From positions 11,536 to 75,535 of the forward strand of contig NZ_QGGU01000001.1 in assembly GCF_003148745.1 (NCBI RefSeq): 64,000 nucleotides of DNA, in the 5' to 3' direction. The stretch is from Pleionea mediterranea (GTDB taxonomy: Bacteria > Pseudomonadota > Gammaproteobacteria > Enterobacterales > Kangiellaceae). Positions 32,945-43,612 of this stretch are shown here, piece after piece (within the stretch, counting starts at the first letter, position 1; the number at the start of each line of letters is the position of its first letter). Below the pieces are notes generated by a model, which saw nothing but the letters and a program-made list of their open reading frames with translations, did not search any database and was not told the origin of the DNA. The translations under genes and the position numbers were made by a program.

Positions 32945-34111
32945 TTATTTAAGCCGCTGTGCGATCAGCGGCTTTTTATCATCTTCACTAAAGGTTACTT
33001 CTAAAGGTTTATTTTGTTTTGTCATTTTAAATGACAACCCTTCTGTTTCACCCCAACCCAAAAATGTAAACTGGTGGTTATCTTTCGGGATCATTAACGA
33101 CATAAAGTCATCTTTATGAAAGGCGTATAAATGAGTGCCATCAGAAAATATTTTTAACAAGCTGTCATCGGCAAACCGGTAGTCGCCAATATAGTTCTGT
33201 TGCTGTTGTGTCGTTAGTGTAGGGTAACTCGCTTGTTTGACCTTTATGGCCCAGTTTATTCTCGGTATCAGACGCTCTGTTGGTAGCCAGTCTGGGTATT
33301 TTCCACCGTGAAACCAGGTCAGTAGTGCAATCGATTTGGGGTGTTCGCTGATCTCTTTCGCGGTCTTTCCTTCATCGTTTAATGCGGTGACATGGGTTAA
33401 CCATTCATCGACTTTTTTACGATAAGTTCTCACATGATTTATATCGGTGATGTCAACGTGGCCCGGTACAATGGCCGTATTGTCGTCTCCTAACTCGTTC
33501 AATAAATTAATTATTGAGCGGTGACTCCAAAGGCCCAGTACACCAATACTTGGTCCCCAATTGGTCGCATGGTTATCACCGGTAAAGATAACATTGCTGT
33601 TGTCGAGTTTGACGATAACGTCGTTCCAGGTATGTGATTTAACATGGTAAAGATCGAATTGTTCAGTTGCAGTGTTTAACTGGTAACGATCGTTAAATTG
33701 TAATTCACGTTCAGCACCTGCGTATTCGGTGTACTCGCCAATCAGGTAGGGTAAGTAGTTGGGATATATAATGGTTGCTCCTTCTTTGACAAAGGCTTCA
33801 TTACCGCCTCTGTGATCCTTATGCTGATGTGTGTTGATAACGTACTTGATGGATTTGTTGGATAACTTGCGAATGGCGTTAATCAGCCGCTGGCCAGATT
33901 GCTGATTCATGGCATCAATAACCACAATGTAGTCGTTATCAATATACACTCCTGCGTTAGCGCCAAGTCCGTTGCCACCATGAAATACCCAAAGTCGTTC
34001 GTTTATCTGGGTGGTTGTAATATCTGTGACCTTGGCGATTAAATGGCCAGATGCACAAATAGCAACAAGGCACAGCAGTGCAATCATTTTGCTTCGAGTA
34101 AAGATATTCAA
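32945..34111 (-). CDS. Periplasmic metallo-beta-lactamase-fold hydrolase
   Basis: 388 aa. Signal peptide present. THQHKDHRGG is the HxHxDH metal motif; GHVDITD lies downstream. Confidence 0.7.
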   Translation of the reverse strand: MNIFTRSKMIALLCLVAICASGHLIAKVTDITTTQINERLWVFHGGNGLGANAGVYIDNDYIVVIDAMNQQSGQRLINAIRKLSNKSIKYVINTHQHKDHRGGNEAFVKEGATIIYPNYLPYLIGEYTEYAGAERELQFNDRYQLNTATEQFDLYHVKSHTWNDVIVKLDNSNVIFTGDNHATNWGPSIGVLGLWSHRSIINLLNELGDDNTAIVPGHVDITDINHVRTYRKKVDEWLTHVTALNDEGKTAKEISEHPKSIALLTWFHGGKYPDWLPTERLIPRINWAIKVKQASYPTLTTQQQQNYIGDYRFADDSLLKIFSDGTHLYAFHKDDFMSLMIPKDNHQFTFLGWGETEGLSFKMTKQNKPLEVTFSEDDKKPLIAQRLK

Positions 34112-34449
34112 GGTATTGTCCTTTTGGTTATTAGATACAAGTTAAATAGTAAAGCTGGCAATGCTTCTTTTTTAAGTGGTAATGACCTACATACACTGGA
34201 CGATAATTTTGGAGCTTACGATCGTCTCAACGGTCAGGATGTATGCAGTCAACACACAAATGCCAGCATTACGATTATTTCAGTCAGGTGCATGAATAAT
34301 GGATGAAAAAAACCTGATTTTTTTCTGATTTAGTGAGGTTGTTGTTTGATAATCAGGCATTCACATTGGCCTGTATCGTTAGTGTGCCCGGCAACTGTGG
34401 TAAAGTTAAAACTTTATGGTGACTGTTAATCAAGCAACCGAGACAGACA

Positions 34450-36666
34450 ATGAATAAATCTTTTTGGCTAGAGGATATTTGTGCCGACCCATCGAGGAAT
34501 TTAATTATTCGTGATGGACAGCCTTATGCTCTACCACCAAAAACATTGGAAGTGTTACTTTATTTGGCTCAACGTCCGGGGCAGGTGTTGAGTCAGGATT
34601 TAATTCTGCAGGATGTCTGGCCAGGTCGGGTTGTGTCGAATAATTCATTGCAACGTTGCATTACTCAATTGCGAAAAGCTCTGGGTGACAATGGTAAGCA
34701 TCAACGAATGATTAAAACTCATTCCAAAAGAGGTTACAGTCTTGAGGTACCAGTATACTGGGAGGCGCCTTCTCATGATGCGCCCAAAATGTCAGGCGAC
34801 AACCAGCAAGATTGCTCTGCACAGATAGTTGATCCAAATCTAGATACTATAACCTCTAATCGCTCAGATAAGACGAAACAGTCGGCTTGGCAAACCTATA
34901 AGTTAAAAAGTGTGTACACCGCGGGCATTGCTGGTTTGCTGTTGTTTGCTATTTACTTTATGAACGGGCTCTTTAAGGGCGGTTTCACTGAACGAGCCGG
35001 TGAATTAGTTTTTTCTACAATGCAGCCGTTAACCTCCAGTGATGCCAAAGAGTTTGATGCCAATTACTCACCCAACGGTCAATACGCGGTTTTTCATCGT
35101 TATACCGGACAGTGTGTGAATAATCTTTGGGTGAAAGATTTAGCGACAGAAAAAGAGTGGTCTTTAACCAATGATTTTGGTCGTTACGGCAGTCACAGCT
35201 TTTCACCCGATGGCGAAAAACTGGTTTTTCTTGCGCGGGAAGAATGTGGTGAAAAGCCTTTAATAAATACTTGTTTTCATTTAATGACGTTAAATTTTAA
35301 AGCTGCGCTGTCCGAGCCTCAGTTTCCTGAAACACTATTGTCTTGTTCGGATGCAAAACTTTCGTCACCACATTGGTTAAAGGATAGCAGTGTTGTTTTT
35401 TTACAGAGCAAAGCGGGTGAATCGAGTCAAATTATCAAGTATATACCCGAACAAAATATCACCATTAATTTATATAAACCGACAAATAAGCGGTTGCTGC
35501 ATTTAAGTTATTCCATTGATCATAATCTAATGGCCGCTATAGCGATCGATCAAAACAACCAATATGTTCTGGAGTTACTGGAACCGTCTGGTCAGGTGTT
35601 GTCTTCTTCACCGTTGATCTGGCCATCGAGTAACCCGTTACGTCAGGCGATTTATCCCAGATTTGATCCGGGAAAGGAGCAGTTACTGTTTTCAACGGGA
35701 ACCCAGTTATTCATCTTAAGTTTTTATGGTCAAATAAAGCCGGTCACGGTGGCGTTGAATCAACACCTGTACCAGCCATTGTTGCATCCTGATGGACAGC
35801 GGTTATTGGCGAGTCATGGAGTGGTTGATGGCGATATTGCGTTACTTGACCTTCTAGAATCAAAACAGCCCAGCTCTGAAATGTTTTCTGATAAATCAAA
35901 GAATAGTGTTTTTCTGAATCAACCTCACCCAAGTTTTGAGCGATCAATTTACGACGATGCTGACGCTATTTTTCAGCCTAATGGCGACATGATTGCTTTT
36001 AGTTCTTTGCGTTCTGGAACTCGGCAAATTTGGCTACATCATAAAGAATCATCCTGGCCAGTGACACAATTTAATAGAGATAGTCATATTAATGGGTTTA
36101 GCTGGCATCCCGAGATTGAATGGTTATTGATTGCTGCCAATGGACAACTCTATCGTATGGATGTCGATGGTAATTACTTAACCATTGAGTCGGCGGGTAT
36201 TGTTACTCAGTTGATGGGTTGGGTGAGTGAGGATATCGCTTTATTGTCAGAACTTTTTCAGGGTGAAGAACAATTAGTATTGTTCAATCTTAAAACCCAG
36301 GCACGAAAAATTATTGTTGAACAAGCTGTTTTATGGGCAGAGCAGTTGGTCAATGGTGACGTAATTTTTCAGGATGATCAGTATCAAATTTGGCGTCATC
36401 CGAAAGGATCGATAGAAGCTTACAAAATAGAGCGCTTGTCGGGTATGAATGATGCGCGCCGATTTACAGCAGAAGCAAACACTTTGTATGGCATCAGTGA
36501 CGATGCCCGACTTTGGTCCTATCAGGTTGATACTGAACAGTTTCAGTACCACAGAAGGGTGAGTCATCTGGTTAACTATATTAGTGATAAACGTGATGAT
36601 CAGATACTGGTGAAGCAGGCTATTTCAGCAAAAAAAGAAGTCATCGAGCTAATCGCGCCAGATTAA
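34450..36666 (+). CDS. ToxR/CadC-like membrane-bound transcriptional regulator with periplasmic TolB-like beta-propeller
   Basis: 738 aa. An N-terminal OmpR/PhoB-type winged-helix DNA-binding domain (...PPKTLEVLLYLAQRPGQVLSQDLILQDVW...RGYSL) is followed by a single TM (IAGLLLFAIYFM) and a long periplasmic domain with PD40/WD40-like repeats. Confidence 0.7.
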   Translation: MNKSFWLEDICADPSRNLIIRDGQPYALPPKTLEVLLYLAQRPGQVLSQDLILQDVWPGRVVSNNSLQRCITQLRKALGDNGKHQRMIKTHSKRGYSLEVPVYWEAPSHDAPKMSGDNQQDCSAQIVDPNLDTITSNRSDKTKQSAWQTYKLKSVYTAGIAGLLLFAIYFMNGLFKGGFTERAGELVFSTMQPLTSSDAKEFDANYSPNGQYAVFHRYTGQCVNNLWVKDLATEKEWSLTNDFGRYGSHSFSPDGEKLVFLAREECGEKPLINTCFHLMTLNFKAALSEPQFPETLLSCSDAKLSSPHWLKDSSVVFLQSKAGESSQIIKYIPEQNITINLYKPTNKRLLHLSYSIDHNLMAAIAIDQNNQYVLELLEPSGQVLSSSPLIWPSSNPLRQAIYPRFDPGKEQLLFSTGTQLFILSFYGQIKPVTVALNQHLYQPLLHPDGQRLLASHGVVDGDIALLDLLESKQPSSEMFSDKSKNSVFLNQPHPSFERSIYDDADAIFQPNGDMIAFSSLRSGTRQIWLHHKESSWPVTQFNRDSHINGFSWHPEIEWLLIAANGQLYRMDVDGNYLTIESAGIVTQLMGWVSEDIALLSELFQGEEQLVLFNLKTQARKIIVEQAVLWAEQLVNGDVIFQDDQYQIWRHPKGSIEAYKIERLSGMNDARRFTAEANTLYGISDDARLWSYQVDTEQFQYHRRVSHLVNYISDKRDDQILVKQAISAKKEVIELIAPD

Positions 36667-36700
36667 TCCACTAAAGATCGCCTGAGTCGAATTAAACACT

Positions 36701-37327
36701 TCAGGCGATTTGATCGTTGATAAATTCTGCTGACAACTTAGCGGCTAACATCATATTTTCATTCAGAGTTAATCCTGAGGATTTTCGGGGTTTAAAGCTG
36801 TGATCGCCATCGGGGATCCAGTTTACATTGATTGATTGGCTTAATGGGTATTGGTCGACTTCGTGTTTGGTGCCAAAGGTGTCTCGTTCACCCTGAACAA
36901 TTAAGCAAGGTTTGGTCATGGTCATTAAATGATCGGTGCGAAGTTTGTCGGGTTTTCCTGGCGGATGAAACGGGTAGCCCAGTGCCAGCGTCGCTAAAAC
37001 TTTTGGGTGATCAGCACACAGTGTTGCTACCCGGCCGCCCATGGATTTACCGCCAATGATCAATGGCATATCGGGCAGCTCATCAATTAAACCATTCAAA
37101 CTTTGAATAAGCTGTTTCACAGGGTTTGGCGGACGACGTTTGTTTTGTGATATCATCTCAACCATATAAGGGAAATTAAAGCGAACAATCTGGATGTTGT
37201 ACTGACCGATGAAATCTTTCATCTGAGTCATAAACTCCGATTGCGCCGGCGCTCCGGCACCATGAGCCAGTAAAAGTGTGACTTTTTTACCTGGACTCAG
37301 ATTATCAATTAACTGCATAATCACCAC
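36701..37327 (-). CDS. Alpha/beta-fold hydrolase (small esterase-like)
   Basis: 208 aa. Nucleophile elbow GGKSMGG (GxSxG). HGAGAP near the N-terminus. Confidence 0.6.
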   Translation of the reverse strand: MVIMQLIDNLSPGKKVTLLLAHGAGAPAQSEFMTQMKDFIGQYNIQIVRFNFPYMVEMISQNKRRPPNPVKQLIQSLNGLIDELPDMPLIIGGKSMGGRVATLCADHPKVLATLALGYPFHPPGKPDKLRTDHLMTMTKPCLIVQGERDTFGTKHEVDQYPLSQSINVNWIPDGDHSFKPRKSSGLTLNENMMLAAKLSAEFINDQIA

Positions 37328-37503
37328 CGTTTTAATCTCTGATTGAAATATGCGTACAAATTAGGCCCTATTATCCGCGATAATTCACCGAATATCTCGG
37401 AAACTTTTGGAAAAAGCAGGGGATAAGGCTACAATGCCAAGGACTGTATGAATTTTAAACAAGTTTGTGCAGATAATCTTTTATTTAAAAGAGGTGGTAA
37501 ACA

Positions 37504-37713
37504 ATGAGTGATACACCAAAAGCATTTTTTGAAGAAATGGATGGTGAACGTTGCTACATTGGACCCGAGCGTCGTATTGATCGTCGCCGAACCAATAACA
37601 ATCGTCGGCTGGAAAGTTTATTAAATGATTTTGGACTGGATCGCAGAGTTAGTCGTGAACGTCGAAATCGTAATACGTCATGGCTGATAATGTCGCAAGC
37701 CGCTAACCTCTAG
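37504..37713 (+). CDS. Small Arg-rich hypothetical protein
   Basis: 69 aa. A GAGGTGG RBS precedes it. Repeated ERR/DRR motifs: ERRIDRRRTNNNRRLE...DRRVSRERRNRN. Confidence 0.35.
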   Translation: MSDTPKAFFEEMDGERCYIGPERRIDRRRTNNNRRLESLLNDFGLDRRVSRERRNRNTSWLIMSQAANL

Positions 37714-37964
37714 TTGCTTGCATGGTTGAGATTGTATCGGCAAAAATTGCCGAGGTGGTTTCGACACTCTTAATTTGAGCCTCGTTACTCGAGGTCTTTA
37801 AGCCGATAGTCAATGCGAAGCATGAGTTGTAGTTGGCTCAATATTAAAATTCTTAGTTCCCTAGATCGTGTTTATCTTTACCAGTTGCGAGTTTGACTTG
37901 TTGCATTCTTTGTTGCACAAAATTATTCAGCCAACTTAAAAATTCAAGATGCTCAATGGAGTAA

Positions 37965-38963
37965 TTGATAAATCTTCTCCGACTGATAAGATCATTGGCA
38001 GTTTTTCAACTCAGGATCTTGTCATCAGTGGCAATAAAACACCCTCAATACCCGAATGACTGGCAACTTCCTTCAGCAATTCAGTGTTTGCCTTCTCCAG
38101 ACTGGGCTTCGCGTGTCAGCTTGTCGATTAAACGAGACGACACTATTCACCCTTTTATTTCTGGCAATAAAGCAAGAAAACTTTATTCACTGATACAGCG
38201 TTGGCAGGTAAGTCCTCCGCAGCAGGTGGTTACCATGGGGGGAAATCGCTCAAACTATCTGCATGCGTTAGGTTATTTATGTTATCAAAAATCGATTCCA
38301 CTCTTAGCACTGGTTCGTGGTCACGAACCGGAACACTATCATTCAACGCTGTCTGATTTAAAACGTTGGCAGGTAAAGCTGACATTTGTGGATAAATTAA
38401 CGTTTCGACAGTGTCGAGAAAACTTTGAAAATGTCCGGTTATTGGTTAAAGAAAAAGATTTGTTAAGTGAAGCTGAGTCATCGATTGAATGGCTGCCGGA
38501 AGGTGGTAGCAATGTCGAAGCGTTTAACGGCATTATGTTGGCGGTGGATGAATTAACACAGATCCCTGATGTGATTTTTGTACCGGCAGGCACCGGCTGT
38601 ACCGCTTTAGGTATTGCTGCTGCCATCGATAAAAAGGGCTGGCATACACAGGTGATTGCCGTGGTGGTTTTAAAAGGAGCCGAGTCAATCAGCCAGTCAT
38701 TAGGTAAATTGGCGAAGCAGGCGAATACCCCCTGGCCAAAATCGCTGACTTTAGAGCATCGATTTTGCGACAAAGGATTTGCAAAGATTACGCCTGAAAT
38801 TAAAAAGCAGAAAGCCTATTATGAGCAGCTCTGGTCGTTGCCACTAGAACCTGTTTACTCCGTTAAAATGCTCAATGCGGTTAAGGCTTATTGTGACTCG
38901 GGCATGCTCGACAATAAACAGGTCCTGTTGTGGCATACCGGGGGGTTACAAGGTGACACCTGA
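37965..38963 (+). CDS. PLP-dependent D-cysteine desulfhydrase / ACC deaminase family enzyme
   Basis: IKRDDTIHPFISGNKARKL matches the DcyD/ACC-deaminase motif KRDD...GNKxRKL. The true start may lie downstream of the ORF-track ATG. Confidence 0.65.
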   Translation: MINLLRLIRSLAVFQLRILSSVAIKHPQYPNDWQLPSAIQCLPSPDWASRVSLSIKRDDTIHPFISGNKARKLYSLIQRWQVSPPQQVVTMGGNRSNYLHALGYLCYQKSIPLLALVRGHEPEHYHSTLSDLKRWQVKLTFVDKLTFRQCRENFENVRLLVKEKDLLSEAESSIEWLPEGGSNVEAFNGIMLAVDELTQIPDVIFVPAGTGCTALGIAAAIDKKGWHTQVIAVVVLKGAESISQSLGKLAKQANTPWPKSLTLEHRFCDKGFAKITPEIKKQKAYYEQLWSLPLEPVYSVKMLNAVKAYCDSGMLDNKQVLLWHTGGLQGDT

Positions 38964-39113
38964 GCAAAGAGCATTTTGTGTTTACATGGGCTGCTTTTTA
39001 AAGAGTACTCTTAAAATGCCTCTGGTATTAATAACCTTGCAGTTTGTTTGAGCTGGGTTAAGCTTATACTGATGAGCTGTTGTATTCGAATAATCAAAAG
39101 GGGTTGAACAAGT

Positions 39114-42100
39114 GTGAGTAACTGTACAGCACCTTATAATATCAAGTCTATTGCTGCACTTCTTTGCGGTTTATTTTTGCTGGCAAGTGTCAACAGTTTT
39201 GCCAGTAGCCCTATCTATCATCAGCTTGAAACCATTGATGTGGAGTCTGGATTACCTCAGTCGACAGTTAGAGCGATTACTCAGGATCAATTTGGGTTCA
39301 TTTATTTTGCCACCGATGAAGGGATCTCTCAGTTTGATGGCATTAGTCACAAAAATATCCAGTCGACTGCTAAAGAACTACAGTCTCTGTTTAGCTTTTC
39401 TTCATTATGTGACTCCGAAAATGGATTATGGGCGGGCTCTCTGGATGGCGGTGTGCTTTATTACTCAGCTTCGAGCCGGCAGTGGAAAGAATTTTTACTC
39501 AGTGACATATTTGGTGCCGAAGCTGGCAAACAAGTGATTGGTTGCAGCAAAGATATTGATAACAATATCTGGTTTATTACTGAGCGGGGCTTATTTTCAC
39601 TGGGTGTCGATGAAAATATTGAGTTAATCAGAAAAGATTCATTCTGGATTGAAGGCAACAATCAGGTGAATCATTTAATGATCACGGAAGAAAATCGTTT
39701 TTATATTGCTACTGAGCAAGGGCTGTATACATTGAACTATGGCAGGTTTACGAAACTGGCATCGTATAGTCAGCCTGCGACACGAGTCGTGCAAACATTA
39801 CTGGATGCTCGAGGTCGGCTTTGGGTACTTAATGAATCCTCCGTATCGGTATACAACAATAACAAAGGCGAGTGGGAAATAATTGCTTCTTCGCTTATTG
39901 GCCAGCTTAATCGAAAAGTTGCTCATGAACGGTTAATTGATATTTTTCAGGATTCGGCCGGGCGCACATGGATTGGAACCGAAACACAGGGAATACTGAT
40001 AATTGATGAAAACAATCAGTCGTTGCATCATTTGAAAAAAAATCCCTCATACGGAAATTTACCGGATAACCATATTACTTCTATATATCAGTCACGAGAC
40101 AATGTTATGTGGCTAGGTACCTGGTTAAGTGGGGCGATAAAACTAATCCCGTCATTGCAAGGTATAGACACCACCCGAGTTTTTTCAACCAACAATGGAG
40201 AGATTGTTGAGCCCAGCATTCGATCCATTTATCGTTCCGAGACAGGTGAGCTATGGGTAGGTACTGATAATGCTGGCGTATTGCTTTCTGATGGTAATGG
40301 TAAGTCTTATACTCAATATAAGCGAGTGAGTGACGCGAGTGGGCTTGCAATGAGTGCTGAAAATTATTACCAAAAGCAACCCAGTTTTACGTTACCCAGT
40401 AATACGGTTCGAAACTTTTATCAGCGCAATAATGGTGATTTTTTGATTGGTACTGATCGAGGATTATTAAAGCTTACCGATCAAGGTTTTGAATACTTGG
40501 GACAAAATATTGAAGCAGCTCTAAGTACTGGTGACTTAATTCGCGGTGTGCTTGAAGACTCAAAAAATACACTTTGGGTTGGCACTTATGATAAAGGCTT
40601 GTTCTGGTTTAATGATGAAACAGGACAATATAATCGAATATCATTATCACAAAATTCACTGATTGATAGAGTGGCGCAGGTGCATCTTTCGATGGATGGG
40701 ATGCTCTGGGTGGGCACGGATACACAAGGCTATTTTATTGTAGATCCGATACAAAAAAGCGTAGTTGAACATATCCATTTTAATATGCCGAACCGACTGA
40801 GAGCTCCCGGTAATTCAATATGGAGTTTTTATCAGCCTAACTCGCAGACCATGTGGGTGGGTTCTTATGGACAGGGCTTAGGGCAATTAAATCTTCAGTC
40901 AAGAGTATTCACTTATTTTCGCGAGTCGGATGGATTACCAAACGATGTAATCTATAGCATTACGCAAGATCAGCAAGGTTGGTTTTGGGTTTCTACCAAT
41001 CAGGGATTAGCTCGATTTTCTCCAGGCAAAAAAAAGTTTATCAGCTTAAATAAAGTACATGGCTTGCCACATTCTGAGTTTAATTCGGGGGCGTATTTTA
41101 AGGATGATTCCGGACGACTTTATTATGGCTCACTAAAAGGATTGGTGATTATTGACCCTTCCAAGTTAATGCCCAATACGGGTGAGCATCAAGTCTACTT
41201 AAGTGACTTAAGAGTCAATAACCAGTCAGTTGAGCAAGCGACTAATCATTTAAGTATGCAAGGTGATGTTTTTTCACCAAAACAACTTACGTTTGAAAAG
41301 GATTACGAACAGTTGTTTTTTTCTTTTGCAGTAAGTGACTATTTGGCACCTGATAAAAATATTTTTGCTTATCGATTGTTGGGGTATCAGGATGATTGGG
41401 TATTCAATGAAGGAAAAGTAAGAAGCGCCAGCTTTAATAGTTTACCGGCTGGGTATTATCGGTTAGAAGTAAAAGCAAAAAATAGTTATGGCGTATGGAG
41501 CGATAAGCTTTTAAAAATTGATATACAGTTACAGCCTCCCTGGTGGCTTAGTGGCTGGGCATATTTTTCTTATTTAATTTTAATTATGTCTGTAATCTGG
41601 GGCAGCTTTGAACTTTGGCGTCGCTATCGCAGACAACATAAGTTAATGCTTGAACGATTGCATTATCTGGTTGAGCACCGAACGCAGGAGTTAAAAAATA
41701 AAAATGAGCAACTGAAGTCATTAAACAGTGAATTGCAACATGCTAACGAAAAACTTGAAAAGGTCAGTATGACCGATAGCCTGACAGGGCTGGGCAATCG
41801 ACGTATGATGTACCAGTATCTTGAAAAAGATGTCGGCCGTGTTAATCGGGCTTATATTAGCCTGGAGACCGATCTTCTTAATTTGCCGGACATCCAAAAG
41901 CATGACCTACAATTTTATCTGGTTGATATTGATGATTTTAAAAGCATCAATGATCGTTATGGTCATACTGTTGGCGACAAAGTGCTTATTCAAATAAGTC
42001 AAATACTCACCGCTGTTAGTCGTGAAGGTGATTATGTGGTGCGTTATGGTGGAGAGGAGTTTTTACTGGTGATGCGTGATACACCTCGTAGTGAATCCGC

Positions 42101-42452
42101 TCTCATCGCAGAAAGGATACAGCAAGCATTCCATAGCGAAGAGATAAATATTAGTGCTGACTTAACGATTCCCTTGCGTTGCTCCATTGGTTTTGCACCT
42201 TACCCTTTTTCCAGTCTTTGTCCGGCTCAATTGTTACCTGAACAGGTGATTCAAATTGCAGATATTGCTCTTTATTGTGCAAAAGCCAGTGGGAAAAATT
42301 GCTGGATAGGTTTGAATGGTCATTACAAAAAAGACGAAGTGATAGTTTCGGATGTACTGAATAACACAGAGCAACTTATAGAGCAGGGATTAGTCGAAGT
42401 CATTACTTCTGATAATGTTTCTAAGCTAAACTGGACGCAAGGAAGGCATTAA
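39114..42452 (+). CDS. Sensor diguanylate cyclase: periplasmic two-component-regulator beta-propeller + Y_Y_Y domain, TM, GGDEF
   Basis: 1112 aa. Signal peptide, then a repetitive propeller (WVGT/WIGT repeats). The Y_Y_Y region reads YRLLGYQDDWVF...GYYRLEVKAKNSYGVWSD. After a TM and coiled coil, the GGDEF domain has an intact RYGGEEFLLV. Confidence 0.8.
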   Translation: MSNCTAPYNIKSIAALLCGLFLLASVNSFASSPIYHQLETIDVESGLPQSTVRAITQDQFGFIYFATDEGISQFDGISHKNIQSTAKELQSLFSFSSLCDSENGLWAGSLDGGVLYYSASSRQWKEFLLSDIFGAEAGKQVIGCSKDIDNNIWFITERGLFSLGVDENIELIRKDSFWIEGNNQVNHLMITEENRFYIATEQGLYTLNYGRFTKLASYSQPATRVVQTLLDARGRLWVLNESSVSVYNNNKGEWEIIASSLIGQLNRKVAHERLIDIFQDSAGRTWIGTETQGILIIDENNQSLHHLKKNPSYGNLPDNHITSIYQSRDNVMWLGTWLSGAIKLIPSLQGIDTTRVFSTNNGEIVEPSIRSIYRSETGELWVGTDNAGVLLSDGNGKSYTQYKRVSDASGLAMSAENYYQKQPSFTLPSNTVRNFYQRNNGDFLIGTDRGLLKLTDQGFEYLGQNIEAALSTGDLIRGVLEDSKNTLWVGTYDKGLFWFNDETGQYNRISLSQNSLIDRVAQVHLSMDGMLWVGTDTQGYFIVDPIQKSVVEHIHFNMPNRLRAPGNSIWSFYQPNSQTMWVGSYGQGLGQLNLQSRVFTYFRESDGLPNDVIYSITQDQQGWFWVSTNQGLARFSPGKKKFISLNKVHGLPHSEFNSGAYFKDDSGRLYYGSLKGLVIIDPSKLMPNTGEHQVYLSDLRVNNQSVEQATNHLSMQGDVFSPKQLTFEKDYEQLFFSFAVSDYLAPDKNIFAYRLLGYQDDWVFNEGKVRSASFNSLPAGYYRLEVKAKNSYGVWSDKLLKIDIQLQPPWWLSGWAYFSYLILIMSVIWGSFELWRRYRRQHKLMLERLHYLVEHRTQELKNKNEQLKSLNSELQHANEKLEKVSMTDSLTGLGNRRMMYQYLEKDVGRVNRAYISLETDLLNLPDIQKHDLQFYLVDIDDFKSINDRYGHTVGDKVLIQISQILTAVSREGDYVVRYGGEEFLLVMRDTPRSESALIAERIQQAFHSEEINISADLTIPLRCSIGFAPYPFSSLCPAQLLPEQVIQIADIALYCAKASGKNCWIGLNGHYKKDEVIVSDVLNNTEQLIEQGLVEVITSDNVSKLNWTQGRH

Positions 42453-42510
42453 ATAGCCGTCGTCCAGTTTTTTGTAAATCAGAATGATTAAACCTGTTTT
42501 TTAGCCAAAG

Positions 42511-43611
42511 TTAATTTGGCATCAGTAAGGTGTAGTCGAGCTCAAGAACGCATTGCTTTGATATTCGTAATTGTTCAGGTTCCATCATTAGCTCATTGAT
42601 TGTCTCTTCATCGATATTCTTAAAGCCATAGGTTTTTAGACGCAGCCAACCAATATCTTCACGGTTATCAAAATGGCCTTTATCCAGAATTATGGATGCG
42701 GCATAAACCGTATCACCAGCAAAACTTGGATTTAAATGAGCGCCACCATTTATGGCCGTTAACCATAGACCATTTGCCAGACCACTGTGAGTGATGGCAC
42801 GGCAAAGGGACATAATATGACCGCCATACACCAGTCTTTTCCCGGCAGCAGACTGCGACATCATATGCTGATCAAAATGAACACGGGCATTATTCTGGTA
42901 TAGACGTGTGGCGAGTGAGTGATCGGAATCGTTTATCGTCATGCCCTGACGATGATTGATGATTTCGCCAACTTGATAATGAGTTAAACGGTGTTTACAA
43001 GCTGTCCAGTCACTGGAAAAGTTATCAAAATTTAAATCATCAGGTATTAGATTCTGATTAATTGTGACCGATGATTCAAGATCCGGTATATGGTCAATAC
43101 CCATTGGTGCTGAGGGTGTTTTTTTATGCACCATCACCCAACGTTTCCATTCAACTACGGTTGTGTCGTGTTGATTTTTAGCGATTGAATGAACGTAAAC
43201 AATACCCGTTTTTCCGTTACTGTTTTCTTTTAATCCGATAACCTTTGAAGTAACACTGATGGTATCGCCTGCAAAAATCGGAGATGAAAAGCGGCAGTTG
43301 GCATAACCGAGATTGGCTACGGCGTTTAATGAAATATCCGGAACGGTTTTACCAAAGGCAATATGAAACAGCAGCAGGTTATCAATCGGTAGTCGCTTAA
43401 ACCCACAGGCCTGCGCCACCGTTTCGGCGCAATTGAGTAGGTGCTGACTTCCGGTTAATGCAATGTAGAGGCTGATGTCGCCAGAAGTAATGGTTCGCGG
43501 CGTACCATGAATTAGCTGTTGATTGATTTCAAAGTCTTCAAAAAAATAACCCTGAAAGGTTTTTTCCGTCAAAAACCGCTTAGGTAATTTGGAATTGGTT
43601 GTTTGGTTCAT
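42511..43611 (-). CDS. Double hot-dog (2x MaoC-like) enoyl-CoA hydratase, mesaconyl-CoA/itaconyl-CoA hydratase-like
   Basis: About 366 aa from the ATG at 43611, preceded by a GGAG RBS. This start avoids the 62-nt overlap with the upstream gene implied by the ORF-track start at 43674. Two MaoC dehydratase-like halves are present. Confidence 0.6.
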   Translation of the reverse strand: MNQTTNSKLPKRFLTEKTFQGYFFEDFEINQQLIHGTPRTITSGDISLYIALTGSQHLLNCAETVAQACGFKRLPIDNLLLFHIAFGKTVPDISLNAVANLGYANCRFSSPIFAGDTISVTSKVIGLKENSNGKTGIVYVHSIAKNQHDTTVVEWKRWVMVHKKTPSAPMGIDHIPDLESSVTINQNLIPDDLNFDNFSSDWTACKHRLTHYQVGEIINHRQGMTINDSDHSLATRLYQNNARVHFDQHMMSQSAAGKRLVYGGHIMSLCRAITHSGLANGLWLTAINGGAHLNPSFAGDTVYAASIILDKGHFDNREDIGWLRLKTYGFKNIDEETINELMMEPEQLRISKQCVLELDYTLLMPN

Positions 43612-43612
43612 G

